NCBI GenBank assembly: GCA_963727625.1
Contig: CAVSHR010000009.1
Span: 96,001-160,000 of the forward strand
Source: an uncultured delta proteobacterium
Lineage (GTDB): Bacteria; Desulfobacterota; Binatia; UBA9968
Direction: 5' to 3'
Length of the DNA: 64,000 bases
Position numbers and translations under genes: made by a program. Positions 26,554 to 36,122 of this stretch are shown piece by piece; the first letter of the stretch is position 1; each line of letters starts with the position of its first letter. Below the pieces are notes generated by a model. That model was given only the letters and a program-made list of their open reading frames with translations, did no database searches and was not told the origin of the DNA.

Positions 26554-27480
26554 CTATTTTTCGCCTGCGGCCAAGACCTGCCGCGCCAAGCGCTGTTTGT
26601 CGACGCCGGTCGGCATGCGAATACCCGTGCAAACCGGGTTGATTTTCAGATCTCTGATCTGCGGCGCCGACTCGGCGTCTTCATCCGCGATCAGCAGCGT
26701 ATCGAGAAAATCGCCGTAACCTCGCGCCACGCCCAGCGCCGAAGCTTCGAAGCCGCACGCGATCATCAATTTGTGCGCCGGGCCGGAGATCGCCGCCGTC
26801 CCGATAATCGGGCTTACTCCGACCACTGGTACACTCGCTTCCTGCAACGCCGCCCGGATTCCCGGCACCGCGAGAATCGGGCCGATGCTGGTGATCGGAT
26901 TGCTCGGGCAAATGATAATTGCGTCGGCGCGCTGGATCGCCTCGAGGACGCCCGGGCCGGGCCGGCTTTGCTCAGCGCCGAGAAATCGAACCGCCTGCAC
27001 CTCCGGCGACCAGCGCTGTTTGACAAAGAACTCTTGAAAGGAAATTTCTCCTTGCGGCGTCTCGACGCTGGTTTCGACTCGCTCATCCGACATCGGCAAA
27101 ATTTGCGACCGGACGGCGAGTGCGCGGCGAATCTGTTCGCTGATTTCGGAAAGCTTTCGGCCTTCTTTCAACAAGCGGGTTCGAGTGATATGCGTCGCCA
27201 GATCTTTGTCACCGAGATTAAACCACGGATCGTCACCCAAGAGACGCAGTTGCTCCAACACCGCGAAGGTATCGCCCTTGATTCCCCATCCTTTTTCGGT
27301 ATCGCTCAGGCCGGCGAGTGTGTACGTAATCGTGTCGATGTCGGGTGAAATATGCAGGCCGTGAAAGACGCAATCGTCGCCGGTGTTGCAGACAATCATC
27401 AACTCCGACGGATCGACGACCGCGGCGAGCCCTTCGACCAGCTTGGCGCCGCCGGTGCCGCCGGTGAGCGCGACGATCAT
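26554..27480 (-). CDS. cofD: 2-phospho-L-lactate transferase
   Basis: MIVALTGGTGGAK, NTGDD, WFNLGDKD, PSNPITSIGPIL. Confidence 0.93.
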   Translation of the reverse strand: MIVALTGGTGGAKLVEGLAAVVDPSELMIVCNTGDDCVFHGLHISPDIDTITYTLAGLSDTEKGWGIKGDTFAVLEQLRLLGDDPWFNLGDKDLATHITRTRLLKEGRKLSEISEQIRRALAVRSQILPMSDERVETSVETPQGEISFQEFFVKQRWSPEVQAVRFLGAEQSRPGPGVLEAIQRADAIIICPSNPITSIGPILAVPGIRAALQEASVPVVGVSPIIGTAAISGPAHKLMIACGFEASALGVARGYGDFLDTLLIADEDAESAPQIRDLKINPVCTGIRMPTGVDKQRLARQVLAAGEK

Positions 27481-28742
27481 CAGCGCAACTCCGACGGCGA
27501 AGGAGTGATGGAGTGTTGGAGTCCTGGTAAATTCCGTAGCGGTCCGTTGTCCTTCACCAAGCCGTCTTCGCCGCAAAGGCGTTCGACGTATGCAATGAGC
27601 GGCCGGGGAAGATATTTGGCGCCTTGTTGAATGTATTCAGGATAGATCGGCAAGCGCGCTCTCAGCTCGAAACCGGCTTGCTTGCTTTTTTCTTGCAGCA
27701 ATTGCAGCGCTGGCCAGGGCGCCTCGGGATTGATAAAGTCCGGCGTCAGCGGCGACACACCGCCCCAGTCGTTGATCCCCGCTTCGAGATAAAGCTCGTA
27801 GCCGTCGGGCGTCAAATTGGGCGGTGCCTGGATATTCATCTCACCGCCGAAAATCAACCGCGCCAGCGCGATGGTCTTGCGCATATCGTCACGCGTCGCA
27901 TCGGGATGCTCGCGCATGGGAATCGTCGGCTTGGCGCGAAAGTTCTGCACGATCACTTCCTGAATGTGCCCGTAGCGCTCATGCAGCTCGCGAATGGCGA
28001 AGAGCGAGTCGATCCGCTCCTGCCAGTTCTCGCCGATGCCGATGAGGATCCCGGTGGTGAAAGGAATGCGCAGCTTGCCGGCTAGCTCCAAAGTGCGCAG
28101 GCGCGCCGCCGGTCTTTTATCTGGCGCGTTGTCGTGCGCGCCGCCGGGAAGCAGCAAGCGTTCGCTGACGCTTTCGAGCATCAACCCCATGCTCGGATTG
28201 ACTTCCTTGAGGCGTCGCAGATCCCCTTGGCCCATCACGCCGGGATTCGAGTGCGGCAACAGACCGGTTTCGTTTAAAACCGTGCGGCAAGCTTCGTAAA
28301 GGTAATCGAGCGTGCGCTGGTGGCCGTGCTCGGCCAGAAACTGTTTCATCTCCGGATAGATCGCTTCGGGTTTGTCGCCGAGACTGAACAACACTTCCGT
28401 GCAGCCGAGCAGCTTGCCCTGCCGCACGACTTCCAGCACTTCATCGAGCGTCATCGTCTTCGCATTCCGCTCGTCCGGTGCCTTGCGAAACGTGCAATAC
28501 CCGCAAAAATCCCGGCAAAGATTGGTGAGCGGGACGAAAACTTTCGGCGAAAACGTGACCACATGACCTTTGTGCCGATCGCGCACCTCAGCCGCCGAAG
28601 TTAAGAGAGCTCGCAGTTCATCGTCTTGTGCAGCGACCAGTCCGAGCGCTTCCGAGCGGCCGAGCCACTTGCCCCGCAGGTAATCAGTTAACACGTGCGA
28701 TGTCACATTTGGTTGAATATCGGATCGGCGCCCACGATTCAA
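27480..28742 (-). CDS. cofG: FO synthase subunit CofG (radical SAM); start may be GTG 28706
   Basis: PLTNLCRDFCGYCTF, LPHSNPG, FTTGILIGIGE, GINDWGGVSP. Confidence 0.92.
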   Translation of the reverse strand: MNRGRRSDIQPNVTSHVLTDYLRGKWLGRSEALGLVAAQDDELRALLTSAAEVRDRHKGHVVTFSPKVFVPLTNLCRDFCGYCTFRKAPDERNAKTMTLDEVLEVVRQGKLLGCTEVLFSLGDKPEAIYPEMKQFLAEHGHQRTLDYLYEACRTVLNETGLLPHSNPGVMGQGDLRRLKEVNPSMGLMLESVSERLLLPGGAHDNAPDKRPAARLRTLELAGKLRIPFTTGILIGIGENWQERIDSLFAIRELHERYGHIQEVIVQNFRAKPTIPMREHPDATRDDMRKTIALARLIFGGEMNIQAPPNLTPDGYELYLEAGINDWGGVSPLTPDFINPEAPWPALQLLQEKSKQAGFELRARLPIYPEYIQQGAKYLPRPLIAYVERLCGEDGLVKDNGPLRNLPGLQHSITPSPSELR

Positions 28743-28862
28743 TTCGCCGCAGGACGCCGATGTCTTCCAATAAATATATTCCAGTTGCCCTACAGACTTT
28801 TGCTGTGGTAGGTCATTAACCGTAAGTTACAAGCGCGACGCAGAAAAAGCGGAGGAAACGCC

Positions 28863-30062
28863 ATGGATAGCTTCGATAACGTGCTGGTCGTCGACGCCGA
28901 CGGCCATGTCTATGAGGGCAACGTCGATCTCGCGAGCCGGATGCCGGAAAAGTGGCGCTCGCAGGCGCCGATTCGTTTAAAGGACAACGAAGGCAATTCG
29001 CGAATTTTACTTGAGGGCCGCCTGTGGTCGACGTCGCAGGGCCTTGGGCCGGGCGTCTCCGGACCGATGACCGACAAAGCGCGTGGTTTCCGCGAAGGGA
29101 TGGTTGATCCCCGTGCCAGGCTCAAAGACATGGACGAGGAAGGCATCGACGTCGCGATCCTTTTCGGCACGCAAATCGCGCTGACGGTCAACGGACTCAT
29201 GAACAAGGAACTCGCCGCCGTGCTCTGCCGCGCCTGCAATGAATGGCTTGTCGAATATTGCTCCGCCGACCCCAAGCGTCTGCTCGCCGTCGGTCTGATT
29301 CCCTGTCAGGACCCGTCGGCTGCGGTGAAAGAATTGGAGTATCTCAAGAAGGCCGGCGCCGTCACCGCCATGTTACCGACCAACGTCTACGGTTTGAACA
29401 ACATGGGCGACCGCATGTTCGACCCGATTTACGAATGCGCTCAGGCCATTGAAATGCCGCTCAGCGTCCATCCGCAGACCGGCCACGACGGCGTGCTCGG
29501 GGTCTCCGGTGTGATGGGCGCGGGCAGCGAGCGTATGCGCAAATACGCCTACGTGCACATGACCGCCTTCCCGTTCGAGCTTATGATCGCCATGATGCAC
29601 ATGATCGGCGAAGGCGTCTTCGATCGCTACCCCAAGCTGCGCGTCGGTTTCATGGAAGGCGGCGCGGGCTGGCTGCCTTTCTGGGCCGAGCGCTTCGACG
29701 AGCATATCGAAAAACTCGCGCCGCAAATGCCAGACTTGAAACGGCGGCCGAGCGCGATCATTCGCGGCGAGCAAGTCACGCTCACCTGCGAATCGGAAGA
29801 GACCGGCCTCGACCGCGTCTTTGCCGCCAACGGCGAGAACACGGTAATGTACGCTTCCGACTATTGCCACTGGGATTGCCATTTCCCCTATTCAGTCAAG
29901 GACGTGGTGGATGCCAAGGATCTGTCTTTTGCGCAGAAGGAAAAGTTGCTCAACAAGAACGCCAGCGAATTTTTCAAGCTCAAAAACCTGCCGCAGCCCA
30001 ATGCACTCAAAATCGCCCAGCGGAGCTGGAAAAACGGCCAGGCTAAAGCCGCCAACGCCTAG
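28863..30062 (+). CDS. Amidohydro_2 family protein
   Basis: DADGH, SVH, FMEGG, YASDYCHWD. Confidence 0.9.
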   Translation: MDSFDNVLVVDADGHVYEGNVDLASRMPEKWRSQAPIRLKDNEGNSRILLEGRLWSTSQGLGPGVSGPMTDKARGFREGMVDPRARLKDMDEEGIDVAILFGTQIALTVNGLMNKELAAVLCRACNEWLVEYCSADPKRLLAVGLIPCQDPSAAVKELEYLKKAGAVTAMLPTNVYGLNNMGDRMFDPIYECAQAIEMPLSVHPQTGHDGVLGVSGVMGAGSERMRKYAYVHMTAFPFELMIAMMHMIGEGVFDRYPKLRVGFMEGGAGWLPFWAERFDEHIEKLAPQMPDLKRRPSAIIRGEQVTLTCESEETGLDRVFAANGENTVMYASDYCHWDCHFPYSVKDVVDAKDLSFAQKEKLLNKNASEFFKLKNLPQPNALKIAQRSWKNGQAKAANA

Positions 30063-30075
30063 CAGGAGTGACACA

Positions 30076-31026
30076 ATGAAACTTGCCAAAGCGCTGATAA
30101 TCTCATCGCTCGTCACCGTCGTTTTCTTTCCACGGTTCACCCGAGCGGCGGAGAGTCTACAAAAAATTCGCATCGGCTTTCCATCGCTGGCGTTTTCCTA
30201 CATGCCCTTTTACGTCGCTCGAGAAAAGGGCTTGTTGAAAAAACACGGATTGGAAGGCGAGTACATTCAGATGCGCACGCCGATCCAACCCCAGGCCGTG
30301 GTCAACGGCAACATCGACTTTTTCACTTCGGTATCCACAGGTCTATCAGCGGCGGTTTCCGGCCTGCCGCTCGTCATCGTGCTCAACTTCTGCGACGGCT
30401 CGCCGTGGGTACTGGTCACGAACAAAGAGATCAACAAACCGCAAGACCTGGTCGGCAAGACGGTCGCGGTCTCTGGCATCAGAACGTCACCCTATTATTT
30501 TCTGCAAGCGGCGCTAAAAAAGTGGGAAATCAGCGATAAGGACGTTGGAATCATTACCACCGGCGGCACCTCGGACAGTTTTCTCGCACTCACGACCAAC
30601 CGTGTCGTTGGCACGGTCTTGACGCCTCCTTTCGACGACAAGGCGGTTTCCTTAGGCTATAAGAAATTCATGTTCCTCGGCGACCTGGCCCCCATTCCCT
30701 ACGTCGGCTTGGTGGCCTCTCAAGCAAAAATGAAAACCAACCGGGACGTCGTGCAGCGCACGATTGCAGCGCTCTTCGACGCCGTCGCCTGGCTGCGCGC
30801 CAACCGAGCCGAAAGCGCCAAGATGATCGTCGAGAAATTCAAAGTTAGCCAGACCGAAGCGGATAACACCTACGCGACATTGATCAAGCTGCTCAACAAG
30901 GACGGCCGGCTCAACCCTAAAGTCGCGCGCGACTATATTGAGATGCTGCGCCGGGAGCGGCCGATCCCGGCCGGTTTCGATCCGCAGAAGCTGCTCGATT
31001 TCTCGCTATTGCCCGCCGGACGGTGA
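30076..31026 (+). CDS. NitT/TauT-family ABC substrate-binding protein
   Basis: AGGAG RBS, ATG 30076; signal peptide, KIRIGFP, DLVGKTVAV. Confidence 0.85.
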   Translation: MKLAKALIISSLVTVVFFPRFTRAAESLQKIRIGFPSLAFSYMPFYVAREKGLLKKHGLEGEYIQMRTPIQPQAVVNGNIDFFTSVSTGLSAAVSGLPLVIVLNFCDGSPWVLVTNKEINKPQDLVGKTVAVSGIRTSPYYFLQAALKKWEISDKDVGIITTGGTSDSFLALTTNRVVGTVLTPPFDDKAVSLGYKKFMFLGDLAPIPYVGLVASQAKMKTNRDVVQRTIAALFDAVAWLRANRAESAKMIVEKFKVSQTEADNTYATLIKLLNKDGRLNPKVARDYIEMLRRERPIPAGFDPQKLLDFSLLPAGR

Positions 31027-31043
31027 ACCGGTCATAATGAGTA

Positions 31044-31709
31044 ATGATTCGAGCTCCGGATAGCACGCGCTATTTAATCGCGACTACGGTTGCCGCAGTT
31101 CTGCTTTGCGGTTTGGCGGCGCGAGTCGATTCACAAACAAGTCGCAACATTAAAGTCCTCCTCGAAACTCGCCAGAGCGGCAAGAGCAGCCGCGAGGGGA
31201 TTCAAGGTTTGGGGAGCGTCATCATACGACGGGACACGGTTTATCCATCCGGCCGCGTTACCGGATCCGACCGCCAAACCACCGTCCGGCGCTCGAGCGG
31301 TATCTTTACCTTGGTCATGGACGGCGGCGAATCGATCCTAACTATCGGCACCCGCGTGCCACAGAGCGAAATCGCCTACTATTACAATTACGCTCTGAAC
31401 CTGGGCGTCATCGAACGGCGCATTGTCTTTACCGATGTCGGCACTTCGCTGCGCGTCAGCGCCGCGGCTTTGCCGGATGGGCAGATTCAATTGCGCCTGA
31501 CGCCCAGGATCAGCTATTTCTCGGTGGACCGCCCCGGCGCGATTGATTTCACCGAAGCGGCCACGGAATTAATTGTGCCCGACGGCCAGCCGGTATCGCT
31601 GGGCGGCTCGACCGCGAGCCTGCAAGAGATTACCCGGCAGATCCTCGGTTATCGCAGCCGCGCCAGCAACAGCGAAACAAACCTGGTGGTCAGCGCAACT
31701 GTTCAGTAA
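31044..31709 (+). CDS. short secretin-domain-like protein
   Basis: signal peptide; VGTSLRVS...QIQLRLTPRIS...TELIVPDGQPVSLGG resembles the secretin beta domain. Confidence 0.6.
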   Translation: MIRAPDSTRYLIATTVAAVLLCGLAARVDSQTSRNIKVLLETRQSGKSSREGIQGLGSVIIRRDTVYPSGRVTGSDRQTTVRRSSGIFTLVMDGGESILTIGTRVPQSEIAYYYNYALNLGVIERRIVFTDVGTSLRVSAAALPDGQIQLRLTPRISYFSVDRPGAIDFTEAATELIVPDGQPVSLGGSTASLQEITRQILGYRSRASNSETNLVVSATVQ

Positions 31710-31866
31710 TGATTTTGGGCGGTCTTGCCGCCGGCACCGTTCGCCGCGACCTGGATGAAAAGAACGGCACTTTTCCCCGCCCTGGTCCCGAGCCCGGCGA
31801 GTCTTGACAATCGCGGTGCACCTTGATGACCTACATTCGAATTGGACCAACTAGGAGGAGTGAGTT

Positions 31867-32961
31867 ATGGGTTTCAACGGACATACGATTATCGACGGCG
31901 ACGGCCATGTGATTGAGGACTGTCAAGCGATCATCAACTACATGCCCAAACCCTATCGCGACAAATACGACACCCATAGTTTCTTCAATCCATTTCCGCC
32001 CCTGGACCATCTCCACTCGTCCAACCTGCACGACTTTCAACCGGGCGCATTCAATAAAGTCGGTCCCGACGGCTGGGTCGACTTCTTGGAAGACGTCGGT
32101 ATCGAGACCACCGTTCTTTACACCACCCTCGGGCTCGCCTTCGGCAAGATCGTCAGCCGGGATTGGGCCATTGATGTGGCGCGGGCGTATAACGACTGGC
32201 TCTATAACACTTACATGAAACGGAGCCCGCGCTTTAGGGGAATGGGCTTGATTCCGTTACAGGAACCGCAAGCGGCCGTGGACGAACTGCGCCGGATCGT
32301 CAAGGAGCTCGGCATGAGCGGCGCCATGCTGCCATCGACAGGTATCCAAGCGAACTTGGGCGATCAACGCTACTGGCCGATTTACGAAGAAGCCAATCGC
32401 CTCGGCTGCGCCATCGGCGTGCATGGCGGTGCCCACGAGAATCTCGGGCTTGATGACTTGACTCCTTATGCTCCGGTGCACTCCCTGGGCCATCCCTTCG
32501 GCCAGATGATTTCCTTCGGCGGCATGGTGTTCAACGGCATCTTTGATAAATTTCCCAACGTGAAATTCGGCTTCATGGAAGGCGGCGTCGCCTGGTTCCT
32601 GGTCTGTATGGAGCGCTTTGACCGCTCGTGGGAAACCCATATTCAGCAAGACCCGCGCAAACGCTTTTTGGAACTCCGTCCCAAAGAAAAAGTCAGCCAA
32701 TACATCCAGAGACAGATCGACGCGGGGCGCATCTTCGTCGGCTGCGAAGGCGAAGAGCCGGATATCGCACACGCCATCAAGCGATTCGGCAATAAGCCTT
32801 GGGTTTTTTCCAGCGACTACCCGCACGAAGTCAACAACGAGTTCTGCAAACACGAGATCAACGAGTTTATTGAAAACGAAGAGATCGGCGCCGCCGATAA
32901 AGCGGCGTTCTTGCATGGCAACGCGCGCCGGTTTTACAGCCTCGGAGCACCGGGACTGTGA
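31867..32961 (+). CDS. Amidohydro_2 family protein
   Basis: DGDGH, GVHGG, FMEGG, FSSDYPHE. Confidence 0.9.
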   Translation: MGFNGHTIIDGDGHVIEDCQAIINYMPKPYRDKYDTHSFFNPFPPLDHLHSSNLHDFQPGAFNKVGPDGWVDFLEDVGIETTVLYTTLGLAFGKIVSRDWAIDVARAYNDWLYNTYMKRSPRFRGMGLIPLQEPQAAVDELRRIVKELGMSGAMLPSTGIQANLGDQRYWPIYEEANRLGCAIGVHGGAHENLGLDDLTPYAPVHSLGHPFGQMISFGGMVFNGIFDKFPNVKFGFMEGGVAWFLVCMERFDRSWETHIQQDPRKRFLELRPKEKVSQYIQRQIDAGRIFVGCEGEEPDIAHAIKRFGNKPWVFSSDYPHEVNNEFCKHEINEFIENEEIGAADKAAFLHGNARRFYSLGAPGL

Positions 32962-33659
32962 GCACCCCGACGAGCATTGGCCTGATCATTCCGTCCGGCA
33001 ATCGCCTGACGGAGCCACAATTTAATCGATATCTCCCGCCAGACGTGGGCGCTCATGTCACGCGCTTGCGCATGACCGGAAAATTTCGCAAACCGCTAGC
33101 GGAACTGAAGCGCCCGCTGATTGAAGCGGCCGAAGCGCTGTCGGATTTGAATCCAAGCCTGATGGTGTTTCACTGCACGGCCAACTCGATGGAGAGCGGT
33201 CTGGCGCATGAAAAAGCTATCGTCGATATTGTCGAGCAAGCCAGCGGCTGCCCAACGATCACGACGGCGCAAGCGCTGACGCAAGCCTTTGACCGGGTCG
33301 GCATCAAGAAACTGGTGCTCATCAGTCCCTACGTCAAGGAAACCAACGCCCACGAGGTTGAGTATCTCAACGAGGCTGGCTATACCGTGTTACACGAGTT
33401 GGGCCTCGGCTTGGAACCCCACGCCTATTCCCAAGTCACACCGGCAGAATGGCAAAAAGTCGTCAAAGAAAATACTCGCGCCGACGCCGACGGATATTTT
33501 CTCAGCTGCACCAACACGCGCATGATCGAAGCGATTGAGAATTTAGAACAGGATCTGGGCAAACCGGTGATCAACAGCAATCAGGCGACGCTCTGGGCCT
33601 GCTTGAAAAAACTCGGCATTAAACACAGCGACACCAAGCTTGGCCGGCTGTTTCAGTAA
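32958..33659 (+). CDS. maleate isomerase / Asp-Glu racemase family
   Basis: IGLIIPSGN, FHCTA, SPY, LSCTN, VINSNQA (two catalytic Cys). Confidence 0.85.
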   Translation: MSTPTSIGLIIPSGNRLTEPQFNRYLPPDVGAHVTRLRMTGKFRKPLAELKRPLIEAAEALSDLNPSLMVFHCTANSMESGLAHEKAIVDIVEQASGCPTITTAQALTQAFDRVGIKKLVLISPYVKETNAHEVEYLNEAGYTVLHELGLGLEPHAYSQVTPAEWQKVVKENTRADADGYFLSCTNTRMIEAIENLEQDLGKPVINSNQATLWACLKKLGIKHSDTKLGRLFQ

Positions 33660-33661
33660 AC

Positions 33662-35908
33662 TCAGAGCAGCCGTCCGGCTTTGGCCAGCTCGGCCAACTT
33701 CTCTCTCAAACCGGTGTTTCTTTTCTCCACCCGCAGGTTGCGAATTGCCATGGCCACCGCCTTGCGGCTACCGACCAACACGACCAGTTTTTTGCCGCGC
33801 GTCACCGCGGTGTAGAGAATGCTGCGGTGCAGCATCATGTAGTGGGAAGTGTGGAGCGGAATGACCACGGCCGGATATTCGCTGCCTTGGCTTTTGTGCA
33901 CCGAAGTGGCGTAGGCCAGACTGATCTCATCGAGCTCATCGGACTCGTAATCAACCACCTTATCGAAAAAATCGACTTTGACGCTGCCGTCTTCGCTGTC
34001 GATGCCGACGATCCGCCCGAGGTCGCCGTTGAACACACCCTTGTCGTAATTGTTGCGCAGCTGCATGACTTTGTCGCCCAGGCGCAGAGTGAAGCCGCCG
34101 CGCTCTAGCGTCTGCCCCTGCGGATTGAGCAGGCTCTGCATCTCGCGGTTGAGATTGACGGTGCCGAGCAAGCCTCGGTGCATCGGCGTCAAGAGTTGGA
34201 TTGTCTGAGCCACCTCAAGCGGTTCCAACTGCAGCGACCTCGGGATGCTTTCGTGCATCAGCTCTTTCACCGTGTCGAGAATCTCATCTTCGGACTCCCG
34301 CGCTATGAAGACAAAATCCTGCGCTTCGCCTTCGTCGCTCAACACCAGGGATTGTCCCTGCAAAATCCGGTGCGCGTTCACCACGATCAAGCTCTCGCGA
34401 TCCTGACGGAAAATGCGCCGCAACACGACCTTGGGCACGACTCCGGAATCGATCAAATCGCGCAGCACGCTGCCCGGTCCTACCGACGGCAATTGATCGA
34501 CGTCGCCGACCAAAATGACATGGCTGTGCGGATCGACGGCGCGCAGCAGATGATCCATCAGCGAAATGTCAACCATCGAAGTTTCGTCGACGATGATGAA
34601 ATCCACTTGCAGAGGGTTATCTTCGCTGCGCTGAAAGCCGCCTTCGCGCGGATTGTATTCGAGCAGCCGGTGGATCGTCATCGCTTCTTCGCCGGCGCTT
34701 TCCGCCATGCGCTTGGCGGCCCGTCCGGTGGGCGCCGCGAGCGCGAAAGTCACCTTGGCGCGGCGCAGGATCGTCAGCAGCGCCATCAATAACGTGGTTT
34801 TGCCGGTTCCCGGCCCGCCGGTAATGACCAGCACCTTTTCCCGCAGGGCTTGCTGGGTGGCGTACACTTGATCCTCATCCAAGGTAAGCGCGACGGGCCC
34901 GAACAACTCGGGGTTGACCAGATCGACCGCGCCCCGCGCGGCGCGGGCCGAGCGATCCCAGGGTCCGATGAACTTTTCGCTCTGCACATAGGAAGGAGTC
35001 GACAACAAATTTTGCAACGTCGCCGCCACGCGTCGCTCGGCATGATAGAGCTCGGCAAGATAAATCTGCGTGGCCTCGCCTTCGCTCCATTCTTGCAGCA
35101 CCAGATCACCCTTCGACGCCAGCTTGCGCACCGCCGCATCGACCGGATCCTCGTCGATGTTCAACAGCGCGGCGGCGTTGCGCTTGAGTGAATCGAGATG
35201 CGCGTAGCAATGACCGCGCTCAGCCAGCTCGCGCAACACGTGCAAAACCCCGGCCTGCGCTCTGAGCGGAAAATCACCGCGAATGCCGATATGATGGGCG
35301 AGTCGATCGGCAAGTAGAAAGCCGATGCCGTGCACTTGCTGCGCCAGCGCATAGGGATTTTCCCTAACCTGGGCGATGGTATCGGCGCCAAAGACCCGGT
35401 AAATTCGCAGCGCCAGCGAAGCGCCCACACCGTGGCCTTGGAGAAACACCATTACATCCTGCATGCCGCGCTGTGTTTGCCAGGCTTCCATGATCCGGCG
35501 CGCGCGCACTTCGCCGATGCCGTCCACGTCAAGGATGCGCAAAGGTTCTTCGGACAACACGCGCAAGGTGTCGAGGCCGAAGGCGGTGACCAGGCGCTTC
35601 GCATAGCTCGGGCCGATCCCTTTGATCAGCCCCGAGCCGAGATATTTTTCGATGCCTTCGATGGTGGCGGGATCGATCTTTTCCCAGTGCTCGACTTGAA
35701 ACTGCAGGCCGTAACGCGGATGGCGTTTCCACATGCCGGAGACTTTTATCTCTTCGCCCTCGGCGACGGGGAAAAGCGTGCCGACCACTGTAACGGCGGG
35801 ACCGCCGTCCTCGTCCAACCGTGCCACCGTGTAATGGGTTTCCGGGCTGTGGTAGGTGATCCGGCTGATAGTGCCTTGTAACGCTGTTTCGCTCTGTTTT
35901 TCGGCCAA
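33662..35908 (-). CDS. recD2: RecD-like helicase RecD2
   Basis: HhH repeats, GGPGTGKTT, APTGRAAKR, DETSM, HKSQGSE. Confidence 0.93.
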   Translation of the reverse strand: MAEKQSETALQGTISRITYHSPETHYTVARLDEDGGPAVTVVGTLFPVAEGEEIKVSGMWKRHPRYGLQFQVEHWEKIDPATIEGIEKYLGSGLIKGIGPSYAKRLVTAFGLDTLRVLSEEPLRILDVDGIGEVRARRIMEAWQTQRGMQDVMVFLQGHGVGASLALRIYRVFGADTIAQVRENPYALAQQVHGIGFLLADRLAHHIGIRGDFPLRAQAGVLHVLRELAERGHCYAHLDSLKRNAAALLNIDEDPVDAAVRKLASKGDLVLQEWSEGEATQIYLAELYHAERRVAATLQNLLSTPSYVQSEKFIGPWDRSARAARGAVDLVNPELFGPVALTLDEDQVYATQQALREKVLVITGGPGTGKTTLLMALLTILRRAKVTFALAAPTGRAAKRMAESAGEEAMTIHRLLEYNPREGGFQRSEDNPLQVDFIIVDETSMVDISLMDHLLRAVDPHSHVILVGDVDQLPSVGPGSVLRDLIDSGVVPKVVLRRIFRQDRESLIVVNAHRILQGQSLVLSDEGEAQDFVFIARESEDEILDTVKELMHESIPRSLQLEPLEVAQTIQLLTPMHRGLLGTVNLNREMQSLLNPQGQTLERGGFTLRLGDKVMQLRNNYDKGVFNGDLGRIVGIDSEDGSVKVDFFDKVVDYESDELDEISLAYATSVHKSQGSEYPAVVIPLHTSHYMMLHRSILYTAVTRGKKLVVLVGSRKAVAMAIRNLRVEKRNTGLREKLAELAKAGRLL

Positions 35909-36122
35909 GAGTCGCTCCCGGCCGCTATCCTACTTGAAAGCTTGGGTGGCGTAAACGACGGCCTTGCCTTTTCCATGTTGGGCGCTACAATTCCAGCCAA
36001 ATCAAGGATGTCCAAACCCGCTTCCTATAATAGGCTGTCCCCCGCCTAAACCTTTTGGCCAAAGCGCGACACACCGCCGCGGTACCGACCGGCCGGCCGA
36101 TCGATACCAGGAGAGGTTGAAT

